A stretch of 64,000 nucleotides of DNA from Thermodesulfobacteriota bacterium (GTDB taxonomy: Bacteria; Desulfobacterota; Desulfomonilia; UBA1062), in NCBI GenBank assembly GCA_036834365.1, contig DAITOA010000013.1:141-64140 (forward strand), given 5' to 3'. The translations under genes and the position numbers were made by a program. The notes beneath the pieces were generated by a model. It did no database searches. It saw nothing but the letters and a program-made list of their open reading frames with translations, and was not told the DNA's origin. The stretch's first letter is position 1; every line of letters starts with the position of its first letter. Of this stretch, positions 9,531 through 17,795 are shown piece by piece.

Positions 9531-9832
9531 TGAAAAAGATTCTATTGGGGATTTCCATGGTGATGGTACTCGCTCTCGGCATGTGGGGCTGCGCGACGAC
9601 CAGCGATATCGAGAGGGTCCAGGCGCAGGAAAAGGCGATCGATGCGAAAGCCGATCAGGCCATTCTGGATGCTCAGGCTGCCAAGGCGGCGGCTCAAGAG
9701 GCCCAGGCGAAGGCAGATGCCGCCACCGCCCGTGCCGAAGAAGCCGTGAGGAAGGCAGAGGAGAGGGAGCGGGCTGCGGAGGAGAAGCAGCAGCAGGCTG
9801 AAGCCCTTTTCCAGAAATCGATGAAGAAGTAA
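9531..9832 (+). CDS. Small Ala/Gln/Glu-rich coiled-coil (lipo)protein with C-terminal Lys-Lys; Braun-lipoprotein (Lpp)-like
   Basis: GGAGGT RBS 7 nt upstream. Signal peptide MKKILLGISMVMVLALGMWGC with a lipobox-like Cys, then ~75 aa of heptad-like Ala-rich helix, ending ...FQKSMKK. The longer ORF-track start (9419) lacks an RBS and signal logic. Confidence 0.6.
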
Positions 9833-9884
9833 GTCGGTATTTCAGATACACGCACCCATATCTTCATCTTCAAGGCTTCGACAG

Positions 9885-9917
9885 AGAAGTGGCCGGGTCT
9901 GAGACCCTGCCACTTCT
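9885..9917. terminator. Near-perfect 33-nt palindrome (nested hairpin) between convergent genes; likely bidirectional intrinsic terminator
   Basis: The sequence agaagtggccgggtctgagaccctgccacttct is self-complementary apart from a central loop and one mismatch. It is followed by a T-containing tract and lies between the 3' ends of the Lpp-like gene and the sulfatase gene. Confidence 0.45.
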
Positions 9918-9946
9918 TCCTTATAAACCCGACACGTACCCAGCCC

Positions 9947-11689
9947 TCAGTCCAGATCGAACCGATGGTTGAATGCCAGGAACCTCAGCCAGCTCCCCTG
10001 AACCTTGAGCTTGCCCGAGGCCAGGGCCGCCAGCGGGGTCGTCACCTTGGCCGCCATCTTCCGGTAGGTCAGGGCGTCCACGACGAGCGTGGCTACGGGC
10101 TCGGGCGTCCCGGGCAGCGGGTCCCCCTGAACCACCTCGGCGATACCGTTGCGCACTGTCACGATGAAGCGTCTCTGCTCGTCCGGGAACACGTAATACA
10201 CCGTCTCGTGCACGTCCATGGCCCTTTCCGGCACGAGCCTCGCAGCCATGATGGTGAAGATGGCATCCAGCGGGATATTGGCCACGACGTTCTCGTCCAG
10301 CCTTGCCTGGGCGGGCTTCTCGATGCCGTGCCGGATCTCGTAGGCAGATTCCAGGAGATAGCCCCGGCCGTTGAGGTTGTACAGGGTGGATGCCAGCCCC
10401 TCGTAGCCCCCGGCGAGCTTTTCGTCCAGTTTCCCCTTGAGGCTCCCGGTGGCCAGTCCGCTGTCCCTGAGCTTGGTGAGCAGGTGGATGGCCCAGCGGA
10501 AATCGCCGGTCGTCAGTGCTGCATCGGAGAGCTTCATGACCTGGTCGGCCCCGCCCATGAGCCTGACCTCCCTGCCCGCCGCATCACTGACCTTCATGGG
10601 GTAGAGCTTCTCCGGCCTCCCATCGAACCAGCCCAGGTTGTTGGTGTACACGGCCCGTGCGGACCAGTCCACCTGGCCGTAGAACTCGGTGGTGTAGGGG
10701 AGCCCGGCGAGGTGCGGCGGCAGCGTGACGGTCTCCGCTATGGCGTCCATGTCATACCCCATGTTCGCCAGCCTGACGGTCTCGTCCCTGACCCACTGGA
10801 TGGCGTCCCGGTAGTTGGTCAGGACCTCTGCAATATTCTGCGCACCGTGGACAGGCACGGTATGGCAGGGTACCAGGTGCTCGGGGTTCAGGGCACGCAT
10901 CTCGTCCAGGCTTTTGATCCATCCGTCGATGGGCCTCGGGCTGGCGCCGCGGATGGTGTAGAGGTTCGGGAAGGTCCAGTAGAAATTGTCGGCAGCGATC
11001 ACGGTCCGGTCCTGCGGTACCCAGATGACGAGCTGGTCGTGGGTCTCACCGGGCGCCTCGATGAGCCGGATCTCCAGCCCGCCGAAGACCAGGGTCTTTG
11101 TCCCGGAGAAGGTATTTGTGGGCAGGCGGATGCCCGCGCCCTCCTGGGCGGCCCTGATGTCGGTGCGCCTGCCGATGCCGTTACAGGGCAGGTCATCCAG
11201 GGAGACGTGATCCCCGAACTGACGCCTGCCGCGGATGGTCTCGATGGGCAGGAAGAGCTGGTACTGCTTGTAGAAATGGTCCGTAAAGGTGTCCGTGGCC
11301 CAGATCTGCGGCCTGTCCTCCATCCAGAGGGACGCACCCCCGATGTGGTCTATGTGACTGTGGGTGTAGATGACGGCTTTGACCGGTCCTGCCGGGACGT
11401 TCGCGAGGAGGTCCCGCTTAGCCGCCTCTCCCCTCTTCGGGCTCATGAGGGGGTCCACGATGACGGAGCCCTCGGGGGTATGGATGAGGATCTCGTTGGC
11501 CAGGTCATACCCGACGGCGGCCCACACGTGCTCGGAGATCCGCTCGATGCGTGGCTCTCCGATGAGTTCGCACTGCCTCCTGAGGAGGTCAGGACCTGGC
11601 AGGGCGTCCCTGATCTGCCGGGCCCCGGGTGAACAGCCGATACTCAGTGCAAGGGAAAGGATCAGGACGGTCAGGGAATGCCTTTTCAT
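9947..11689 (-). CDS. Alkyl/aryl-sulfatase of the metallo-beta-lactamase fold (SdsA1/BDS1-like), lipoprotein signal
   Basis: Signal peptide plus Cys (SIGCSP). MBL motif HSHIDHIGG, a long dimerisation region and a C-terminal SCP2-like domain. 580 aa. Confidence 0.75.
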   Translation of the reverse strand: MKRHSLTVLILSLALSIGCSPGARQIRDALPGPDLLRRQCELIGEPRIERISEHVWAAVGYDLANEILIHTPEGSVIVDPLMSPKRGEAAKRDLLANVPAGPVKAVIYTHSHIDHIGGASLWMEDRPQIWATDTFTDHFYKQYQLFLPIETIRGRRQFGDHVSLDDLPCNGIGRRTDIRAAQEGAGIRLPTNTFSGTKTLVFGGLEIRLIEAPGETHDQLVIWVPQDRTVIAADNFYWTFPNLYTIRGASPRPIDGWIKSLDEMRALNPEHLVPCHTVPVHGAQNIAEVLTNYRDAIQWVRDETVRLANMGYDMDAIAETVTLPPHLAGLPYTTEFYGQVDWSARAVYTNNLGWFDGRPEKLYPMKVSDAAGREVRLMGGADQVMKLSDAALTTGDFRWAIHLLTKLRDSGLATGSLKGKLDEKLAGGYEGLASTLYNLNGRGYLLESAYEIRHGIEKPAQARLDENVVANIPLDAIFTIMAARLVPERAMDVHETVYYVFPDEQRRFIVTVRNGIAEVVQGDPLPGTPEPVATLVVDALTYRKMAAKVTTPLAALASGKLKVQGSWLRFLAFNHRFDLD

Positions 11690-11768
11690 GGGACAGCCTC
11701 CTCTGTGATCAGGGACAGTATCATCATGTGTCCCCCCTCAAGAACTCTCGTATCGGGCGAAAGATCGG

Positions 11769-11839
11769 CCTGCCAGTTCCGTGCATCCCGCATGCTTCTT
11801 TAAGAACTCCGCATATGCGGGATGCACGGAACTGGCAGG
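11769..11839. repeat. 71-nt palindromic element: 25-bp perfect inverted repeat with a 21-nt loop; core GTGCATCCCG / CGGGATGCAC
   Basis: Arm 1 cctgccagttccgtgcatcccgcat (11769-11793) is the exact reverse complement of arm 2 atgcgggatgcacggaactggcagg (11815-11839). It is intergenic, downstream of the CorC-family gene and ~80 nt upstream of the sulfatase start. A related element is at 37065-37119. Confidence 0.8.
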
Positions 11840-11895
11840 TTCAATGTTCCTCATCTCAAGCTCGCGTCAGGGTGTCCTGCACCCGGCGAGCCCCC

Positions 11896-13146
11896 TCACT
11901 CCTTCATGGTCACCCGTACCCTCACGATGCGGTTGCCGCGCATGCGCTCGATGCGGAACTGCATGCCGTCGAAGGTCACGGTGTCGCCCTCCTCGGGTAT
12001 GCGGTCGAGCCGGTCGTAGAGGAGGCCGGAGAGCGAGTCGTAGTCGTCGGGGAACTCGTGGTCGATGTAGCGCTCCAGGTCCAGCATGCTCAAGCTGCCC
12101 GTGACCACGAAGCTCGTGCCGCTCACCGGCACGATGGGGGGTCGCACGATGTCGTGCTCGTCGGCGATGTCGCCCGTGATCTCTTCGATGATGTCCTCCA
12201 GCGTGATGCCGCCCTTCACCGTGCCGTACTCGTCCACCACGAAGGCCATGTGGAGGCGCATGTTCTGGAAGTCCACCAGCTGGGTGAAGATGGACTTGGT
12301 CTCGGGCACGAAGTGCGCCTCGCGCAGGCAGTCCTTCACGTGGAAGGCATCCCTCCTGTCGAGGTGGGCCCACACGTCCCGGATATGCAGGTACCCCACG
12401 ATGTTGTCCCGGTCGTCCTTGAAGACGGGATATCTGCTGTAGCTCTTGGTGGTGATCACCTGGACGATCTCGTCGAAGGTGCTGTCCATGGAGAGGAGGA
12501 CCATGTCTCCCAGGGGGAGCATGACCTTGCGAACGGGCACCTCGTCGAGGTCCATGATGGCGGCCATCATCTTGGCCTTGGACTCGGGGAGAAAGCCCTC
12601 CTTGTGCCCCATGGCGATGACCGAACCCACGTCCTCCTCGGAGAACTCGGGGTGCTTCCCGGGCTTCAGGCCGAAGAGCCTGAGCATCCCCTTGGCCATG
12701 AGGGTGAAGACCCTGACGAACGGGTTCAGCACCAGGATGATAATCCTCAGCGGCTGGGAGAAGAGCAGGGTGACCATGTCCGGCCGGTAGGCCGCAATGG
12801 TCTTGGGCGTGATCTCCCCGAAGATGAGCAGCAGCACGGTCATGGCAATGGTGGCATACAGGATGCCGCGCTCTCCGAAAAAGGAGATGAACAGCACCGT
12901 GGCAATGGCCGAGGCGAGCACGTTGACGAAGTTGTTGCCCAGGAGGATGGCGCTGATGAGCCGCTCGGGCTCCTTCAGAATATCCTCCACGAGTTTCGCC
13001 CGGGCGTTCCCCTTCTCCGCCAGGGTACGCAGGCGGAACCGGTTGGCCCTCATGTATGCGGTCTCGCTGCTTGAGAAGAAGGCGGATATCATGATGAGAA
13101 TGACGAGCACTGCGGTGTAGATGATCTCGTCTGCGCCGGTGATCAT
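11896..13146 (-). CDS. CNNM/CorC/HlyC-family transporter-associated protein (DUF21 membrane domain + CBS pair + CorC_HlyC domain)
   Basis: N-terminal four-helix DUF21 with the conserved SSSETA motif. Tandem CBS region and C-terminal transporter-associated domain. Confidence 0.75.
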   Translation of the reverse strand: MITGADEIIYTAVLVILIMISAFFSSSETAYMRANRFRLRTLAEKGNARAKLVEDILKEPERLISAILLGNNFVNVLASAIATVLFISFFGERGILYATIAMTVLLLIFGEITPKTIAAYRPDMVTLLFSQPLRIIILVLNPFVRVFTLMAKGMLRLFGLKPGKHPEFSEEDVGSVIAMGHKEGFLPESKAKMMAAIMDLDEVPVRKVMLPLGDMVLLSMDSTFDEIVQVITTKSYSRYPVFKDDRDNIVGYLHIRDVWAHLDRRDAFHVKDCLREAHFVPETKSIFTQLVDFQNMRLHMAFVVDEYGTVKGGITLEDIIEEITGDIADEHDIVRPPIVPVSGTSFVVTGSLSMLDLERYIDHEFPDDYDSLSGLLYDRLDRIPEEGDTVTFDGMQFRIERMRGNRIVRVRVTMKE

Positions 13147-13171
13147 ATCATTGTCCTACCCTTGAGAGGAT

Positions 13172-16045
13172 TCATTCGAACAGGACCATCTGGCCGGGCC
13201 GGGCCGCACGGTCGCGCTCCGTGGTCTCGCTGGCATACCCCGCAGGGATGCGTTGCACGAATTCAGATACCTCGCCCGCCGGACACACGAGATAGAGCGC
13301 GTCTTTCGTCCTGGTCATGGCTACATAGAAGAGGTTTTGCTCCTCCGTTATGTCCGCACCCGCCAGCGGGAAGATCCCCCTGGCGAGTCCCGTGACGAAC
13401 ACGCAGCCGAACTCCAGTCCCTTGGCGGCATGTGCGGTCAGGACGTGGACCCTCTCGGTTCCCAGGGCGCCCTGGTCGTTGCTCAGCCGGAGGAATTCGA
13501 CGAAGGCGCCCGTGTCGTCCCCGAAGAGACGGGCGTACGAGTAGAAGGGATGGCCGGCGTCGAGGCCGGGAAGCCGGAACATCCCCGAGGCATCGATCCT
13601 GGCTATCCTGTCCGTCAGCGGACCCGTACGGTCGTCGAGCAGCTCCCGGGCCTGCCCTTCCACACCCTTGACGAGCGTCTCCCAGCCCTCGCCGGTCAGG
13701 AGCGAGATACGTTCGCGGATGCCCTTCACCTCGGCCAGGGGCCGGGCATATGCGGTGTCACAGGGGATGCCCGCCCGTTCGAGGGCCTCCAGTACCTGGA
13801 TTGCCTGGCTCCGGGTACGTACGATGACGGCCATGTCGCTCAGGCCCATGTCGCCTTTCGCTGCATCCACGGACAGGTGGGAGAGCCCCCCGGCAAGGGC
13901 CTCGACCTCACGGGCGATGAAATCGTACGGCCTGCCCGTGCGCACGATCCGGACAGTCCCTCCGCCGGAGTCGGCCGTGACCGCTTCATGCCCGATGAAG
14001 GCGTTGGCCGCCCGTGCGATCCCTTTGCCGAAGCGGTATGAAGTCGCCAGGCGCATCCCGGCGCAGGCGGGATGATCCCGCAGGAAGTCGTCGAAGGAGG
14101 CCGGGCTGCTTCCCCGGAAGCCGTATATCGCCTGGTGCGGGTCGCCGATGACCATGACGCTGGAAGAGCCCCGGCTGAGCTTGGCGAGGAAGGCGTACTG
14201 GACCGGGTTGATGTCCTGGAACTCGTCCACCATGACATGGTCCCACCTCCCCTTCCATGCGCCGGCATCGACGAGCCGCATGGCCTCACCGATGAGCCCC
14301 TCGTAGGTATAGTACCCCTTCGCCTTCAGGACGGCAAGGAGCCCCTCCTGCTCCCGGTCGAGCGGAGCGGCCGTGCTCTGCCGGAACATGAGATCCGTCA
14401 CCCATGCCTTCACATCCTTGTCGACGGCCGGGGATGCAACTTTCTCCAGCGTCTCCTCGTCGGCCACCTCGAAGGCGATGCCCGCGTCCCGCATGATCCG
14501 CGCCGCCAGGGCATGGAAGGTACAGACCTCGACGGACGCGTCCCCGAGCCTCTCCGTAATCTCCCGCGCCGCGCGGGTGGTAAAGGTGACGGCCAGGATA
14601 TCCTTTTCTCCTCTGTCGAGGAGCATCCTGATGCGCTCGACCAGCACGCGGGTCTTGCCTGTGCCGGGCCCCGCGACGACCGCCAGCGGGCCTTCCCGCC
14701 AGGCAGCCGCCTGCTGCTGCTCCGGGTTCAATACCGTCTTCTTGCCGGTCGCCGCAGGCGGTTCTTCCACCTTCTTTCTCCTGCCTGAGCGCTTCCGCGC
14801 AGGCACCCCCTCGATGCCTTTGGTGAAGAGCATGTCCTGCTCGTTGTCCGCAAAGACCCGCACCCTGCCGAATGTGCCGTCGTACCCGGCTTCCTTGTGC
14901 ACCTCGCCCGCACGCATGCGCCTCACGGCCAGGGCCAGGGTCTCCCCTGCCACCGAGGCAATCTCGTCGAGGCCGGCATCGAGGAGCAGGGGCAGCTCTC
15001 CGCCGAGACGACCGGTGATCTTCTCATGGACCTCCATCACCCTCTTCGTGGGGGATGCGACCTGCATGATCTCGGCCATGATCTCGGCCAAGGGGATGAG
15101 CGGGAAGAACGGTTTCGCGCTTGAAGGCTTCTCCCCCTCGGAACGCTCCGCGAGCTCCTCCACCCGGTGCAGCACGCCCACGGTGAGCGCTCGTCCGCAC
15201 ACCGGGCACCTGCCCTTGACCTCCCTGGTCCGGTGGGGCTCCAGGACAACCCCGCAGTCCCGGTGCCCGTCCAGGTGGTACTTGCCCTCCTCGGGGAAGA
15301 ATTCCACGGTCCCCACCAGGCCGTCGCCCGTGGCCATGGCCCTGCGGATCGCGTGGTAGTCCAGCGGGGTGTCGAAGACCGTCGCCTCCCGTCCCAGCTT
15401 GTCCGCGGAATGGGCGTCCGAGCAGGAGACGAGGCGGTAGCGGTCCAGGCTCTTCACCATCCAGTTCATGGGCGGGTCCGAGGAGAGCCCCGTCTCCACG
15501 GCGAAGATGTAGGGCTCCAGGTCCTGATAACACTCGGCGATCGAGTCGAAGCCGCTCTTGGATCCCAGGGCAGAGAACCACGGGGTCCAGATGTGGGCCG
15601 GGATCAGGAAGGTTCCCTCGCCCGCCTCCAGCACGACTTCCAGGAGGTTGCGCGAGGTGATGCCCAGGATGGGCCTGCCGTCGGAGAGAATGTTGCCGAT
15701 GGCGGCGAGCGAGGCGGAGATTCTCTTGGCCGAGGCGATGTCCGGCGCCCCGATCACGTGGTGCACCTTGCGCACCTTGTCCCCCTGCTTGTAGATGGTG
15801 CTGATCTCGCCCGTGAGGATGAACCGGGTCGGGCAGTCGCTTTCCCTGAGCCGGTACAGGCCGGGTTCGGACTCGACGAGCTCCTCCTCGATCTCCTTCA
15901 TCCAGGCGGGATGGGTGAGGTCCCCGGTGCCCAGCACGCTGATGCCCTTGCGGACGGCACCCGCCGCAAGCGCCCGAATGGTGAGGCCGGAGCTCGTGGC
16001 ACGGGAGTGGCGGGAGTGTACGTGCAGGTCACAGTAGAATTTCAT
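13172..16045 (-). CDS. Fusion protein: N-terminal PHP-family phosphoesterase (EndoQ/COG1379-like) + Zn-ribbon + C-terminal UvrD/PcrA-family SF1 helicase
   Basis: Starts MKFYCDLHVHSRHS (PHP metal-binding His cluster), then a CPVCG zinc-ribbon-like segment. Residues ~430-957 carry the Walker A AGPGTGKT, DEFQD, a YRFG motif and the C-terminal LTAHAAKGLEF...FYVAMTRTK helicase motifs. 26-nt gap from the CorC-like gene on the same strand. Confidence 0.7.
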   Translation of the reverse strand: MKFYCDLHVHSRHSRATSSGLTIRALAAGAVRKGISVLGTGDLTHPAWMKEIEEELVESEPGLYRLRESDCPTRFILTGEISTIYKQGDKVRKVHHVIGAPDIASAKRISASLAAIGNILSDGRPILGITSRNLLEVVLEAGEGTFLIPAHIWTPWFSALGSKSGFDSIAECYQDLEPYIFAVETGLSSDPPMNWMVKSLDRYRLVSCSDAHSADKLGREATVFDTPLDYHAIRRAMATGDGLVGTVEFFPEEGKYHLDGHRDCGVVLEPHRTREVKGRCPVCGRALTVGVLHRVEELAERSEGEKPSSAKPFFPLIPLAEIMAEIMQVASPTKRVMEVHEKITGRLGGELPLLLDAGLDEIASVAGETLALAVRRMRAGEVHKEAGYDGTFGRVRVFADNEQDMLFTKGIEGVPARKRSGRRKKVEEPPAATGKKTVLNPEQQQAAAWREGPLAVVAGPGTGKTRVLVERIRMLLDRGEKDILAVTFTTRAAREITERLGDASVEVCTFHALAARIMRDAGIAFEVADEETLEKVASPAVDKDVKAWVTDLMFRQSTAAPLDREQEGLLAVLKAKGYYTYEGLIGEAMRLVDAGAWKGRWDHVMVDEFQDINPVQYAFLAKLSRGSSSVMVIGDPHQAIYGFRGSSPASFDDFLRDHPACAGMRLATSYRFGKGIARAANAFIGHEAVTADSGGGTVRIVRTGRPYDFIAREVEALAGGLSHLSVDAAKGDMGLSDMAVIVRTRSQAIQVLEALERAGIPCDTAYARPLAEVKGIRERISLLTGEGWETLVKGVEGQARELLDDRTGPLTDRIARIDASGMFRLPGLDAGHPFYSYARLFGDDTGAFVEFLRLSNDQGALGTERVHVLTAHAAKGLEFGCVFVTGLARGIFPLAGADITEEQNLFYVAMTRTKDALYLVCPAGEVSEFVQRIPAGYASETTERDRAARPGQMVLFE

Positions 16046-16127
16046 GGTGCATCCTTTGTAAGATTCTCGCCATCGAGCAATGTGTCGTCTTGCCGTGGGT
16101 GATCCGTTCTGCTATGAAGGCGGGTAT

Positions 16128-17783
16128 ATGAGCTCGTATCTAAAGTATATTGCATTGCTTTTGGTCTGTGCGTGGATAGTAGCATGCCAGCAGGAGAATC
16201 ACAAGGAGCTTGTCCCGGCCGCCCAGGGTCCGACAACCCCGGCCGTCGAGGAACCGGCCTTCGGCGACGTGCTCGTGCTCTCCTCCATCGGCGACGCCAG
16301 CAACCTCATCCCCATGCTCGCCAGCGACGCATCCTCCCATGCAGTGGCGGGCTTCATCTTCAACGGGCTGGTGAAGTACGATAAGGACTATAAGATCGTG
16401 GGCGACCTCGCCCGGTCGTGGGACATCGAGAACGGCGGCAGGCTTCTGCGCTTCCACCTGCGCAACGACGTGCTCTGGCACGACGGGGAGAAGTTCACGG
16501 CCGGCGACGTCATGTTCACCTACAAACTCATCATCGACCCGAAGACGCCCACCGCCTATGCCGAGAAGTACAAGCTCGTGAAGAATGCCCGCGTCATGGA
16601 CGAGTACACCTTCGAGGTCGAGTACGAGAAGCCCCTGGCTCCGGCGCTCATCAGCTGGGGGGCCCTGCAGATGCTCCCGGAGCACCTGCTCAAAGGCCAG
16701 GACATCGCCAAGACACCCTTCGCCCGGAACCCGGTGGGCACCGGACCCTTCCGGTTCGTGAGCTGGCAGACAGGCCAGAAGATCACGCTGAAGGCCAACG
16801 AGACCTACTTTGACGGCATGCCCTTCCTCACCGGCATCAACTACCGCATCATCCCGGACCAGAACACCGAGTTCCTGGAGCTCAAGGCGGGCAGCATCGA
16901 CATGATGGACCTCACCCCGCTGCAGTACCTCCGCCAGACGGACACGCCCGAGTTCAAAAAGATGTACGCCAAGTACAAGTACCTCTCCGACGGCTACACC
17001 TACCTGGGGTTCAACCTGAAGAGGAAGCCCTTCGACGACGCCCTGGTCCGTCGGGCCGTCGCGTACGCCGTGGACAAGGAGGAGATCATCAAGGGCGTGC
17101 TCCAGGGCCTGGGCGAGGTGGCCACCGGCCCGTACAAGCCGGGCACCTCATGGTACAACACCGGCGTGACCCGGTATCCCCACGACCCCGACAAGGCGAG
17201 GCAGCTCCTCATGGAAGCCGGATACCTGGACCGCAACGGCGACGGCATAGTGGAGAAGGACGGCAGCCCGCTCGTCCTGAACATCATCACCAACCAGGGC
17301 AACCCGCTCCGAGAGAAGACCGCCCAGATCATCCAGCAGCGCCTCAAGGCGGTGGGCATAGACGTGAAGATCCGCATCATCGAGTGGACCGTGTTCCTGA
17401 AGCAGTACGTGGACAAGGGCAACTTCGATGCCGTGATCCTGGGCTGGAACATCCTCCAGGACCCGGACCTGTTCAATGTCTGGCACTCGAGCCAGGCCGT
17501 CTCGGGCGGACTTAATTTCGTGGGCTACAAGGACGAGGAGGTGGACCGGCTCCTCGTGGACGGCAGAGAGACCTACGACAATGCGCGGCGCAAGCAGTGC
17601 TACGACCGCATCCAGGAGATCCTGGCCGAGCAGCAGCCCTACGTGTTCCTCTACGTGCCCTACAGCCTGCCCGCCGTGAGCTCGCGCATCAAAGGCATCG
17701 TCCCGGCGCCGGCAGGCATCACCTACAACCTGGAGAAGTGGTTCGTGCCCAAAGCCATGCAGAAGTATACGGCCCTGCAGTAG
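16128..17783 (+). CDS. ABC transporter substrate-binding protein, family 5 (oligopeptide/dipeptide/nickel type)
   Basis: Signal peptide plus Cys. ~550 aa with SBP_bac_5 features throughout. Start taken at the ATG giving MSSYLKY. Confidence 0.8.
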   Translation: MSSYLKYIALLLVCAWIVACQQENHKELVPAAQGPTTPAVEEPAFGDVLVLSSIGDASNLIPMLASDASSHAVAGFIFNGLVKYDKDYKIVGDLARSWDIENGGRLLRFHLRNDVLWHDGEKFTAGDVMFTYKLIIDPKTPTAYAEKYKLVKNARVMDEYTFEVEYEKPLAPALISWGALQMLPEHLLKGQDIAKTPFARNPVGTGPFRFVSWQTGQKITLKANETYFDGMPFLTGINYRIIPDQNTEFLELKAGSIDMMDLTPLQYLRQTDTPEFKKMYAKYKYLSDGYTYLGFNLKRKPFDDALVRRAVAYAVDKEEIIKGVLQGLGEVATGPYKPGTSWYNTGVTRYPHDPDKARQLLMEAGYLDRNGDGIVEKDGSPLVLNIITNQGNPLREKTAQIIQQRLKAVGIDVKIRIIEWTVFLKQYVDKGNFDAVILGWNILQDPDLFNVWHSSQAVSGGLNFVGYKDEEVDRLLVDGRETYDNARRKQCYDRIQEILAEQQPYVFLYVPYSLPAVSSRIKGIVPAPAGITYNLEKWFVPKAMQKYTALQ

Positions 17784-17795
17784 GGGGAGAGACCT

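Noticed and set aside
9965-11632. 555-aa plus-strand ORF
   Set aside because: Mirror frame of the well-supported MBL-fold sulfatase on the minus strand. Low-complexity composition.
11629-13074. 481-aa plus-strand ORF plus nested ORFs 11781-12104 and 11867-12373
   Set aside because: Antisense to the CorC/HlyC-family gene. They run across the 11769 palindrome, whose symmetry creates open frames on both strands.
13253-15359. Several 240-330-aa plus-strand ORFs
   Set aside because: All lie inside and antisense to the PHP-UvrD fusion gene, whose helicase motifs are unambiguous.
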